Assembly: GCA_948466255.1 (NCBI GenBank)
Contig: CAOJZV010000002.1
Location: 2,874-66,873, forward strand
Length of the DNA: 64,000 nucleotides
Direction: 5' to 3'
From: an uncultured Bacillota bacterium
Lineage (GTDB): Bacteria > Bacillota_I > Bacilli_A > RF39 > UBA660
The notes under the pieces were generated by a model. It saw only the letters and a program-made list of their open reading frames with translations, did not search any database and was not told the DNA's origin. A program made the position numbers and the translations under genes. This document shows positions 1-9,002 of this stretch, piece after piece. Position 1 is the first letter of the stretch, and every line of letters starts with the position of its first letter.

Positions 1-386
1 AAATATGGTATTTGTAAATAGGCAGCAGTTTTGTCAACTTTATAAAAACGAATAATCATTAAAATAACTAAAACAATTAATAAAATAATCCAAATAAACG
101 CAAATAAACGCCATTTAAAAATAAAGAAAATTATACTCCACAACGCATTCACACCTAATTGAATGTAATAAATAACTAGGATATCATTCTTTTTAGAAAC
201 AAAATATGCACTCACACCCATTAAAATATACAAAATAGTCCAGACAATCGGAAAAATAAATCTAGGAGGTGAAAAAGGTGGCTGATTTAAAGAATTATAA
301 TCTATAAATGGCATTGTTATAAAAGAGGCAATCCCACCAACTACTAATGGAATTAAAATAGAAATAAATAACTTTTTAACATTCAT
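1..386 (-). CDS. TspO/MBR (tryptophan-rich sensory protein) family membrane protein; the 3' end runs off the window
   Basis: Absent from the ORF track because it is truncated. Manual translation from the ATG at 386 (GGAGG at 392-396) gives MNVKKLFISILIPLVVGGIASFITMPFIDYNSLNQPPFSPPRFIFPIVWTILYILMGVSAYF...LGVNALWSIIFFIFKW...AAYLQIPY. It shows TspO hallmarks (FPxVWxxLYxxMG, NxxWSxxFF, LQIPY). Confidence 0.75.
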   Translation of the reverse strand, partial: MNVKKLFISILIPLVVGGIASFITMPFIDYNSLNQPPFSPPRFIFPIVWTILYILMGVSAYFVSKKNDILVIYYIQLGVNALWSIIFFIFKWRLFAFIWIILLIVLVILMIIRFYKVDKTAAYLQIPY

Positions 387-436
387 AAAAACCTCCTATT
401 AAATATTATTAAAAAAACACAGAAATATTATACCGT

Positions 437-465
437 TTGATTTTTAATAGCCTACATTGTATAAT
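437..465 (+). promoter_or_regulatory. Sigma-A type promoter of the two-component operon (TTGATT-17 nt-TATAAT)
   Basis: TTGATT at 437-442, a 17-nt spacer and TATAAT at 460-465, about 18 nt upstream of the ATG at 483. Confidence 0.5.
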
Positions 466-482
466 AAAACCAAGGTGATAAA

Positions 483-1148
483 ATGAAAAACATACTAATT
501 ATAGAAGATGAAACAAAAATCAGAGAAGAATTAAAAAACTTTTTAGAAAATAATGGGTACATAGTAAAATTAATCATAGACTTTGAAAACACCGAAGAAG
601 AAATATTAAAAGAAAATGCCGATTTAATACTATTAGATATAAATATCCCAAATCAAAATGGAATGTATTTATGTAAAGAAATAAGAAAACAAATAAAAAC
701 GCCAATCATAATTGTTACTAGTCGAAATACCGAAATTGATGAATTATTATGTATGAATTATGGTGCTGACGACTTCATAACAAAACCATATAATCCGCAA
801 ATTTTACTTGCTCATATAGAAGCAGTATTAAAAAGATTCACACCAACCGCAAATACATACATAACATATGAAAACATAAAAGTAATTCCGGCTAAAAGCG
901 TAATTGAAACAAAAAATGAAGAAATAGAACTTTCAAAAAATGAACTAAAAATACTCACATATCTTTTAAATAAAAGAGGCACAATAGTTTCAAGATATGA
1001 ACTAATGGATTATTTATGGAATAGTGAAGTTTTTATCGATGATAATACTTTAACCGTTAATATAACAAGATTAAGAAAAAAACTAGAAGATATTGGATTA
1101 GAAAATGTCATCGAAACTAGAAGGGGACAAGGGTATATAATACTATGA
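483..1148 (+). CDS. OmpR-family response regulator (BceR-like)
   Basis: N-terminal receiver domain (ILLDINIP, KTPIIIVTS) and a C-terminal winged-helix domain (TLTVNITRLRKKLE...RGQGY). It overlaps the kinase gene by ATGA and lies next to a BceAB-type transporter. Confidence 0.9.
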   Translation: MKNILIIEDETKIREELKNFLENNGYIVKLIIDFENTEEEILKENADLILLDINIPNQNGMYLCKEIRKQIKTPIIIVTSRNTEIDELLCMNYGADDFITKPYNPQILLAHIEAVLKRFTPTANTYITYENIKVIPAKSVIETKNEEIELSKNELKILTYLLNKRGTIVSRYELMDYLWNSEVFIDDNTLTVNITRLRKKLEDIGLENVIETRRGQGYIIL

Positions 1149-2155
1149 AATTTATAGACTATTTAAAAGATAAAATACTCCCAGTAATATTAGTCAACTT
1201 ATTAGGACTAATAATTTTCTTAATTTTATTCGCCTTAAAATGTAATGGATGGATTATTTTTGATATTATATTTTTAATATATCTTTCATTTATAATCTCA
1301 TTAATATTTGATTATCTAAAAAGAAAAACATTTTATAATAAAACTTTAGAATTACTTAAAGATATAGATAATAAAAATTTAATTCATGAAATGCTTCCAA
1401 ACACGACATTTATCGATGCCAAAATATTTAAAGAAATACTATATGAAACAGATAAATATAAAATAGAAAAAATAAACGAATATAAATATAACCAGGAAGA
1501 CTTTAAAGAATATATTGAAATGTGGGTTCATGAAATAAAAACTCCTGTTGCCTCAGCCATGTTAACTACATATAATAACAAAGGTAAATTATCAGATGAT
1601 ATAAAAATAGAACTTGATAAAATAGAAGATTATATCCAGCAGGTCCTTTTCTATACAAAAAGCGAAACCGCCAACAAAGATTATATAATCAAAAAAGTTT
1701 CCCTAGAAACACCTATAAATAAAGTAATATTAAAACACAAACAAGATTTTCTTTTAAAAAAGATAACTTTAGAATTAAAAGATTTAAATATAGAAGTAAA
1801 TACCGATACAAAATGGCTAGAATTTATTTTAGATCAAATAATAAATAATAGTATTAAATATACCGAAGAAAACCCAAAAATAGAAATTTATACTAAGCAA
1901 AATAAAAATGATATAAAACTAATTATCAAAGATAACGGCATTGGTATAATTCCAAATGACTTACCTAGGGTATTTGATAAAGGGTTTACAGGAAGTAACG
2001 GAAGAAAAAAATATAATTCAACTGGAATAGGTCTTTACTTAACAAAAAAACTATGTGACAAACTAGGTCACAAAATAAATATAACAAGCGAAAAAGGAAC
2101 CGAAGTAACACTCACATTCCCACTTAGTTCATATACAAACGATATAAAAGAATAA
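1145..2155 (+). CDS. Intramembrane-sensing histidine kinase (BceS-like)
   Basis: Two N-terminal TM helices are separated by only about 5 residues, so there is no extracellular sensor domain. It has an H-box (WVHEIKTP) and N/G boxes (NNSIKYT, DNGIGI, GIGLYL). Confidence 0.9.
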   Translation: MKFIDYLKDKILPVILVNLLGLIIFLILFALKCNGWIIFDIIFLIYLSFIISLIFDYLKRKTFYNKTLELLKDIDNKNLIHEMLPNTTFIDAKIFKEILYETDKYKIEKINEYKYNQEDFKEYIEMWVHEIKTPVASAMLTTYNNKGKLSDDIKIELDKIEDYIQQVLFYTKSETANKDYIIKKVSLETPINKVILKHKQDFLLKKITLELKDLNIEVNTDTKWLEFILDQIINNSIKYTEENPKIEIYTKQNKNDIKLIIKDNGIGIIPNDLPRVFDKGFTGSNGRKKYNSTGIGLYLTKKLCDKLGHKINITSEKGTEVTLTFPLSSYTNDIKE

Positions 2156-2157
2156 AG

Positions 2158-2175
2158 CCTTACAAAAATGTAAGG
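2158..2175. promoter_or_regulatory. Perfect palindrome CCTTACA-AAAA-TGTAAGG: kinase-gene terminator stem and candidate BceR-type operator
   Basis: It sits 3 nt after the kinase stop codon and is followed by TTTT. The core TTACA-N4-TGTAA lies about 21 nt upstream of TTGTTA (2194-2199)-17 nt-TATAAT (2217-2222), the likely transporter promoter. Confidence 0.45.
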
Positions 2176-2244
2176 TTTTGTAATGAAAATGAATTGTTAA
2201 AAAATATATGCTATATTATAATTAAAAGCGAAAGGAATGATAAT

Positions 2245-3012
2245 ATGGAAGATATTTTAAAAATAAGTAACGTAGAAAAATACTATGGTAATAAAAGTAA
2301 CTTAACCAAGGCTGTAGATAACATAAGTTTCGACGTTAAAGAAGGGGAGTTTGTTGGAATTATGGGAGCTTCTGGCTCTGGTAAAACAACACTACTTAAT
2401 TGTATTGCTACTATAGATAAAGTAACATCAGGACATATAATAATTGATGAAACTGATGTAACTGCCCTAAAAGGAAATAAATTAAACAAATTTAGAAGAG
2501 AAGATTTAGGTTTTATATTCCAAAACTTTAATCTATTAGATACTTTAACAGCTTATGAAAATATCGCTCTTGCGCTTACTATTCAAAAAGTAAACCCAAA
2601 AGAAATAGATAAAAGAGTAAAAGAAATAGCTGAAACTTTAGGAATTACCCACGTGTTAAACAAATACCCATATGAAATGAGCGGGGGAGAAAACCAAAGA
2701 ATCGCTTCAGCTAGAGCAATTATCACCAATCCAAAATTAATCTTGGCTGATGAACCAACAGGTGCTTTAGATAGTAAATCAGCTAGACAACTATTAGAAA
2801 CATTTGAATATTTAAACGAAGATTTAAAAGCCACAATCCTAATGGTAACACATGATGCCTTTACCGCAAGTTATTGTAATCGTATTTTATTCATCAAGGA
2901 TGGAAAAATCTTTAATGAACTTATAAAGGGAAATGACACAAGAAAAGAATTCTTTGATAAAATCATCGATGTCGTTACCCTATTAGGAGGAGATTTAAAC
3001 GATGCTCTTTAA
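2245..3012 (+). CDS. ABC transporter ATP-binding protein (BceA-like)
   Basis: Walker A GASGSGKTT, signature SGGENQR, Walker B LILADEPTGALD. The ATG at 2245 is preferred to the track start at 2194 because of RBS position and homology (MEDILKISNVEKYYG). Confidence 0.92.
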   Translation: MEDILKISNVEKYYGNKSNLTKAVDNISFDVKEGEFVGIMGASGSGKTTLLNCIATIDKVTSGHIIIDETDVTALKGNKLNKFRREDLGFIFQNFNLLDTLTAYENIALALTIQKVNPKEIDKRVKEIAETLGITHVLNKYPYEMSGGENQRIASARAIITNPKLILADEPTGALDSKSARQLLETFEYLNEDLKATILMVTHDAFTASYCNRILFIKDGKIFNELIKGNDTRKEFFDKIIDVVTLLGGDLNDAL

Positions 3013-4999
3013 ACTATCATTAAAAAATATTAAAAAAAGTTTCAAAGATTATGCAATATATTTTCTAACACTTATCCTAGGTGTTGCCATATTCTATGTC
3101 TTTAATGCTATGGAATCACAACAAGCAATGATGGATATGACCGAAACAAAAAAACAAATTCTAGATTTAATGAATAATTTGTTAGGAGGAGTTTCAGTCT
3201 TTGTTTCGTTTGTATTAGGTTTCCTAATTATATATGCGAATAAATTCTTAATCAAAAAACGTAAAAAAGAATTTGGTATATATATGACCCTAGGAATGGG
3301 TAAAAGCGGGATGTCAAAAATGCTACTAATAGAGACAATCTTAATCGGTTTAATTTCACTAGCTGTTGGTCTAGTAGTCGGTATATTTGCTTCACAACTA
3401 ATGAGCGTAATAGTTGCTAAAATGTTCGAGGTAGATATGACATCATATGCCTTTACTTTCTCAAATGAAGCTGTAATAAAAACAATAATTTACTTTGGGA
3501 TAATGTATTTATTAGTAATGATTTTAAATACATTTATAATCTCAAAATATAAATTAATAAATCTTATAAACGCATCAAAACAAAACGAAAAAGTAAAAGT
3601 TAAAAATCCTATTATTTCCATACTTATATTTATTGCTAGTATAGGAGTGTTAAGCTTTGCTTATTATCAAGTTACCGAAAACATCATGAATTTAGAATTT
3701 AACCAGTTTTTAGGCTGCATTGTTTTAGGTATAGTTGGAACAATAATGTTCTTCTATGGCGTATCTGGTTTTATTTTAAGATTAGTTCAAGCTAACAAAA
3801 AACTCTACCTTAAAGGACTAAATATGTTTGTCTTAAGACAAATAAATAGTAAAATAAATACAACTGTATTTTCGGTAAGTGTAATATGTGTTTTACTATT
3901 CTTAACAATAACCATTTTTTCAACCGCTATGAGTTTAAACAACATTGCTAAAAAAGATCTTAAAGAATTAACTCCGATGGATATACAAATTAAAGAATAT
4001 ACAGGTGAAAATGAAACAAGATCACTTCAAAAAGTTTTAACTGATAGTGGATTAAATATGAATAATTTAAAAGATATGGTAGAAGTAAATGAATATCTAA
4101 TTGATACAGTACTTACTAAAGATGTATTAGGTGAAAAACTCGCAAATAGAAATGAAACAGAGTTTAAATATCATTTAGAAATGCCAGAAACAATAATGAG
4201 CATTTCTGATTATAATAAAGTGGCAAAACAATATGGGAACGAAACATTTACATTAAATGAGGATGAATATTTAGTTACAGCAGATTATGAAGATATGATA
4301 AAATATCGTAATGAAGCTTTAAAAGACGGAGTAACAATTAATATAAATAATAAATTATATAAACCAAAATATGATGAAATTAAAGATGGTTTCGTTGAAA
4401 TGGGAGCAAATCATTCTAATACTGGTTTATTTATTTTTCCAGATAAAGCTTTAGAAAATATAAAACCTGCACATCGCCTTTTAATGGCAAACTATAATGC
4501 AAATAATGATGAAGAATACAAAAAAATAGAAAAAAGAATATCTGATATCAGAGTAGACAATGTAGCGATAGGATTTTATACTAAAACATCTATTTATGAT
4601 TCAGCTGTTGGGCTAGGGGCAATAGTAACCTTTATTGGACTTTATTTGGGAATAATCTTCTTAATTTCTTCAGCTGCCATCTTAGCATTAAAAGAATTAT
4701 CAGACTCATCAGATAATAAAGAAAGATATAACACATTAAGAAAAATAGGTGCTGATGAAAAAATGATAAATAAATCATTATTTAAACAAATAGGAATCTT
4801 CTTTCTAGCGCCACTTTTACTTGCAATTATCCATTCAATATTTGGAATAAAATGTGCGAATATAATGTTATCAGCCTTTGGTAAATCAGGAATGCTTACA
4901 TCGATAATTATGACAGCTATATTAATAATTGTTATTTATGGTGGATATTTCTTACTTACATATTTCTCAAGTAAATCTATAATAAAAGAATATGAATAA
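3002..4999 (+). CDS. FtsX-family ABC permease with a large extracellular domain (BceB-like)
   Basis: 665 aa with multiple TM helices flanking a soluble loop of about 220 aa. It overlaps the ATPase gene by 11 nt, which is the typical BceAB architecture. Confidence 0.9.
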   Translation: MLFKLSLKNIKKSFKDYAIYFLTLILGVAIFYVFNAMESQQAMMDMTETKKQILDLMNNLLGGVSVFVSFVLGFLIIYANKFLIKKRKKEFGIYMTLGMGKSGMSKMLLIETILIGLISLAVGLVVGIFASQLMSVIVAKMFEVDMTSYAFTFSNEAVIKTIIYFGIMYLLVMILNTFIISKYKLINLINASKQNEKVKVKNPIISILIFIASIGVLSFAYYQVTENIMNLEFNQFLGCIVLGIVGTIMFFYGVSGFILRLVQANKKLYLKGLNMFVLRQINSKINTTVFSVSVICVLLFLTITIFSTAMSLNNIAKKDLKELTPMDIQIKEYTGENETRSLQKVLTDSGLNMNNLKDMVEVNEYLIDTVLTKDVLGEKLANRNETEFKYHLEMPETIMSISDYNKVAKQYGNETFTLNEDEYLVTADYEDMIKYRNEALKDGVTININNKLYKPKYDEIKDGFVEMGANHSNTGLFIFPDKALENIKPAHRLLMANYNANNDEEYKKIEKRISDIRVDNVAIGFYTKTSIYDSAVGLGAIVTFIGLYLGIIFLISSAAILALKELSDSSDNKERYNTLRKIGADEKMINKSLFKQIGIFFLAPLLLAIIHSIFGIKCANIMLSAFGKSGMLTSIIMTAILIIVIYGGYFLLTYFSSKSIIKEYE

Positions 5000-5000
5000 T

Positions 5001-5041
5001 AAAAAAACGAACTAATTATACTAATTATATAGTTCGTTTTT
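5001..5041. terminator. Bidirectional rho-independent terminator between convergent genes
   Basis: Stem ACGAACTA / TAGTTCGT flanked by an A-run and a T-run. It overlaps the stop codon of the minus-strand gene. Confidence 0.7.
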
Positions 5042-5890
5042 AAGTGCTTCAATATTTTCATTCATTAAACTAAAATAATCTTCATTAGCATTTCTTTGTG
5101 CCTCAGTAATATTAGATAAAGTATGCCAAGACAATGTTTTTACACCAGTTTCCTTAATAATATTTTTAGTAATTTTATTTAAATCTTCATTTTCTTTAGT
5201 GAAGATATAGTTGATAGTTCCGTCATTTATTAATTTTTTAACATCTTCTATAGTTTTGCTAGTAACACTATTATTATCTAAAGAGTAAACAGTTAAACCA
5301 TATTTTTCTAAATATTTAAATAAATCATCAGAAGCCACAATTATCTTATTATCAGAATTAGAAACAGTTTGTTTTATTTTTGCATCTAAGTTAGAAGCAT
5401 CTACTTTAAGTTTTTCATAATTTTCACTAATATCATTATTCAAATAATAATTATTTGTATATTCTTTAAAACCAGTTTTAACATTTTGAGCCATCATTAA
5501 TAAATTTGATGGATCCAGCCATAGTTCTTCAGGCCCATTAATATATTCCATAGATAAAGTTGTATCTAATATTTTTAAATTTTTGTTATTTTCACGCATT
5601 TTAGTAACATAATCTTTTTCATTACTAAGCCCATTAAAAATATATAAATCACTATCACTATAATCTTTTATTTGTTTATTAGTTAACTTATAATCGTTAA
5701 TTTCTATACCATCTGGGTAAATACTATGAATAGTACTATGCTCACCATATAAACGTTTAGTAATAAATTCTATCGGATAATTAGTCGTATAAATGTCAAT
5801 ATCATCCATTGTATCCCTTCTAATATCACAACCACTTATACAAAATAAGATAGTAATTAAACCTAAAACTCCAATAATTTTTTTAATCAT
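5021..5890 (-). CDS. ZnuA/TroA-family (cluster A-I) solute-binding lipoprotein-like protein
   Basis: Lipobox LFCISGC after MIKKIIGVLGLITI. The overall pattern resembles metal-binding SBPs (LYIFNGL, ELWLDPSN, ASDDLFKYL). The ATG at 5890 (GGAGG 7 nt upstream) is preferred to the track start. Confidence 0.7.
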   Translation of the reverse strand: MIKKIIGVLGLITILFCISGCDIRRDTMDDIDIYTTNYPIEFITKRLYGEHSTIHSIYPDGIEINDYKLTNKQIKDYSDSDLYIFNGLSNEKDYVTKMRENNKNLKILDTTLSMEYINGPEELWLDPSNLLMMAQNVKTGFKEYTNNYYLNNDISENYEKLKVDASNLDAKIKQTVSNSDNKIIVASDDLFKYLEKYGLTVYSLDNNSVTSKTIEDVKKLINDGTINYIFTKENEDLNKITKNIIKETGVKTLSWHTLSNITEAQRNANEDYFSLMNENIEALKNELYN

Positions 5891-6116
5891 TTTTTTCCTC
5901 CTTAATAACAGGATCGTAACCATGAGTTCCCCATGGATTACATTTTAAAACCCTTTTTATTGCCATTTTACTTCCTTTAAAACTCCCATAAGTTTCAATT
6001 GCCTCTAAAGCATAATTAGAACAAGTAGGGGTATGCCTGCAAGCTCCATGCCAAGGACCAGGAATAGCTTGATATATTTTTATCAAACCAATTAATATTC
6101 TTTTCATACTAACCAT
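5883..6116 (-). CDS. yidD: Membrane protein insertion efficiency factor YidD
   Basis: LIKIYQ...CRHTPTCSNYALEAIETYG...KRVLKCNPW..GYDPV is the canonical YidD sequence. The stop codon overlaps the downstream start by 8 nt. Confidence 0.92.
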   Translation of the reverse strand: MVSMKRILIGLIKIYQAIPGPWHGACRHTPTCSNYALEAIETYGSFKGSKMAIKRVLKCNPWGTHGYDPVIKEEKND

Positions 6117-6202
6117 TATACTAAAAATAAAGTTAAAAGTAAATAAAATAAAATCCTTCTAAAATAAAGATAATTGTGATATAATCTATTAGGAGTGATT
6201 TG

Positions 6203-6865
6203 ATGAAATTATTAGAAGACTTAGGAATAAAACCTAATAATATTAATTTATATGAAACCGCATTATCACATACATCATATGCAAATGAACATAATACCGA
6301 AAGTTATGAAAGATTAGAATTTTTAGGTGATGCTGTTTTAGAGCTATTAATGAGTGATTATCTTTACAACACAAAACATATTAGCGAAGGAGAAATGACC
6401 AAAACAAGAGCTCATTATGTTTGTGAAACTGCTCTTTATGAATATTCAACAAAATTAGGTTTAAATGAATATTTAAAATTAGGTAAAGGCGAAGCTGAAA
6501 GTGGAGGAAAGTACCGAAAAGCAATAGTTTCCGATATTTTCGAATCATTTTTAGGCGCGATTTATCTAGACCAAGGGATTGAAACCGCAAGGAAATTCTT
6601 TAACGACAATGTAATTTCATTATTAGAAAATCACGAAATAGATTTCTTTGATGATTATAAATCTGCACTTCAAGAATACGTTCAAACAGATAAAAGAAGT
6701 TTAGAATATAAAATAATTAATGAAACAGGGCCAGCTCATAATAAAGAATTTACTGTTGAAGTAATAATCGACAATATTACGTACGGAACTGGAACTGCAC
6801 ATTCAAAGAAAGCCGCTGAGCAAGAAGCTGCCAAAGATGCTCTTGCAAAAGCACAGAAAGGATGA
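6203..6865 (+). CDS. rnc: Ribonuclease III
   Basis: ERLEFLGDAVLE signature plus a C-terminal dsRBD (KSALQEY...GPAHNKEF...GTGTAHSKKAAEQEAA). Confidence 0.95.
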   Translation: MKLLEDLGIKPNNINLYETALSHTSYANEHNTESYERLEFLGDAVLELLMSDYLYNTKHISEGEMTKTRAHYVCETALYEYSTKLGLNEYLKLGKGEAESGGKYRKAIVSDIFESFLGAIYLDQGIETARKFFNDNVISLLENHEIDFFDDYKSALQEYVQTDKRSLEYKIINETGPAHNKEFTVEVIIDNITYGTGTAHSKKAAEQEAAKDALAKAQKG

Positions 6866-6870
6866 TTTAA

Positions 6871-7587
6871 ATGGGAAGAGCTTATGAAGTAAGAAAAGCA
6901 AGTATTCAAAAAACAGGAGCTGCTAAAGCAAAATTATATTCAATGTATGCTAAAGAAATATATCAAGCAGCTAAAAACGGAGGAACTGAATTCGAAAGTA
7001 ACAGTGCCCTAAAAAGATTAGTAGATAAAGCAAAAAAAGAACAAGTACCAAGTGATATAATCAATAGAGCTATTGATAAAGTAAATAGTGGTGTTGACGA
7101 AACATATACAAGTGCAAACTATGAACTTTTTGGTCCAAATGGATCAACTGCTATAGTTGCTTGTTTAACTGATAACGTAAATAGAAGTGTTAGTGGAGTA
7201 AGAGCCGTAGTAAATAAATGCCATGTTAAAATGGGAGCTCAAGGTAGTGTTAGTTATATGTATGATCATTTATGTATCGTAAGTTTTAAAGGCCTAGATG
7301 AGGAAGAAACTTTAGAAGCTTTAATAGAAGCAGGTGTAGATGTAGAAGATATTGAAGTAGAAAACGGTGAAACAATTATCTATGGTGCTCCAAACGATTT
7401 ATTCAATATTAAAGAAGCTATTACTAAAAAATTACCAAACGTATCATTTGATATGGATGAAATAACTTATATTGCCAAAGATAAAGTACAATTAACAGGT
7501 GAAGATTTAGAAACCTTCCAAAAACTACTTACAATGTTAGATGAAGTAGAAGATGTTCAAACCGTATATCACAATGTAGAATTATAA
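6871..7587 (+). CDS. YebC/PmpR family DNA-binding transcriptional regulator
   Basis: The N-terminus MGRAYEVRKASIQKTGAAKAKLYS and the length of 238 aa are typical of the family. Confidence 0.9.
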   Translation: MGRAYEVRKASIQKTGAAKAKLYSMYAKEIYQAAKNGGTEFESNSALKRLVDKAKKEQVPSDIINRAIDKVNSGVDETYTSANYELFGPNGSTAIVACLTDNVNRSVSGVRAVVNKCHVKMGAQGSVSYMYDHLCIVSFKGLDEEETLEALIEAGVDVEDIEVENGETIIYGAPNDLFNIKEAITKKLPNVSFDMDEITYIAKDKVQLTGEDLETFQKLLTMLDEVEDVQTVYHNVEL

Positions 7588-7613
7588 AAAATGCAAAAAA
7601 AATGCATTTTTTT
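7586..7613 (+). terminator. Rho-independent terminator
   Basis: AAAATGCA-loop-TGCATTTTTTT immediately after the stop codon. Confidence 0.7.
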
Positions 7614-7704
7614 CGTTTATAAGCAGGAATTTGTATCTTCAATATCGTATATTATATTCGAAAGAATAAAAAGGAGCCAGTCATAAAGGAGGAGATGATA
7701 TTAA

Positions 7705-8615
7705 ATGACTGACCTTAAAAGCATGTATACGAGAGAAGAATTGTTAATTTTGGATAAAGAATTAAAACTTATTCCTTTAACTTATGATTTTGCATTTAAA
7801 AAAGTCTTTTGTTCTAATAAAGAATTACTAAAAGATTTCCTTATATCCGTATTAGAATTAGAAAACATAATAAACCCCAATAAATGTAAAATAGAACTTG
7901 AGCCAAATGAACTTCCGAAAGAAAACAAAAAAGAATATAAAAAGACCATTGATATAAATGTAATATTGAATAACGATATATATGTAGATATAGAAGTAAA
8001 TAGAGAAGCCTTTAAAGATATAAAATTAAGAAATATGATGTATGCCGATAAAATATATAGTATGATTTTAGATAAAGGTGAACACTATCATAAGTTAGAT
8101 GACAAAATAATGTATCAATTAAACTTAAACGCTGTAGACAAACAAATCACATGCGGTAATGATATAGTAGTTCCATACGGATTAGAAACAAAAAAGTATA
8201 TACAGATAAAAAACAAATAATAGTCAAATATCTTGAATATTACCGAATTCTATATTATAATAAAGGTACAAAAAAGAAATCAGATATATGGTTAGCTGCA
8301 TTAACTTCAGAAAATTTCACAGAATTATACGATATATTAAATCATATATTATCACCCAAAGAAAGAGATAAATTTATAAGGAATGTGATAAAAATGAGTA
8401 AAGACGGATTTAGTATACATGAATGGCACAAGGAAACATTTGATGCTTATATCGAAAATAAGAAAATGACTAGAGCAAAAAAAGAAGGAATTGAACAAGG
8501 ATCTAAACAAAAACAATTCGAAATCGCTAAAAACATGCTTAAAGAAAATTCTGATATTAACTTTATTTGTAAGGTTACAGGATTAGATAAAGAGGAAATA
8601 GAAAGTTTAAAATAA
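7705..8615 (+). pseudogene. Rpn / PD-(D/E)XK nuclease family transposase-like gene, split by a frameshift
   Basis: The N-terminal part (7705-8220) has the family pattern (LIPLTYDFAFKKVF...DINVILNNDIYVDIEVN). The reading frame continues in the +2 frame from about 8214 (IVKYLEYYRILYYNKGTKKKSDIWLAALTSENFTELYDIL...) through the 8385-8615 ORF. That ORF carries the family's typical C-terminal EGIEQG...IAKNML...I..ITGL..EEIE tail. The frame break lies in an A-rich run at about 8196-8220. Confidence 0.7.
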
Positions 8616-8927
8616 TACTTTCTATTCTTTTTGTTAGCAAATAATTAACTAATAATTTATAAGGAATGTGATAAAAATGAGTAAAGACGGATTTAGTATA
8701 CATGAATGGCACAAGGAAACATTTGATGCTTATATCGAAAATAAGAAAATGACTAGAGCAAAAAAAGAAGGAATTGAACAAGGAATTAAACAAGGGGCAA
8801 AAGAAAAACAATTAGAAATCGCTAAAAACATGCTTAATAAAAATATAGATATTAATACAATATCTGAAATTACTAGTTTAACTAAAGAAGAAATAGAAAG
8901 TTTAAAATAATACTTTCTATTCTTTTT
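8373..8927 (+). repeat. Tandem duplication (about 283/295 bp unit) of the 3' end of the Rpn-like gene, including its terminator
   Basis: 8373-8632 and 8656-8927 are near-identical at their starts (TTTATAAGGAATGTGATAAAAATGAGTAAAGACGG...). They diverge in the middle, where there is a 12-nt indel. Both end in the hairpin AATAGAAAGT-N10-ACTTTCTATT plus a T-run. Copy 2 encodes the 80-aa ORF at 8668-8910. Confidence 0.85.
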
Positions 8928-9002
8928 TCATTAAATACTTTCGAATATATGAAAATTATGTTAAAATAAATATATGCAAACTAATTAGTTAGGAGGGATA
9001 TA

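Noticed and set aside
2283-2834. Antisense ORFs from the six-frame track lie inside well-supported genes. Examples are 2283-2489 and 2583-2834 opposite the ABC ATPase. Many similar ones occur opposite lysS, thrS, smc, rnj, the ABC exporters and others.
   Set aside because: They lack an RBS, have low-complexity Leu/Phe/Ser-rich composition typical of the reverse strand of AT-rich coding DNA, and fully overlap genes with strong family motifs.
8385-8910. The 76-aa and 80-aa ORFs were considered as independent small HTH regulators or an antitoxin pair.
   Set aside because: Their sequences are the canonical C-terminal tail of Rpn-family proteins, and the first is contiguous in frame with upstream family sequence. 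They are best explained as gene fragments, as described in the duplication finding.
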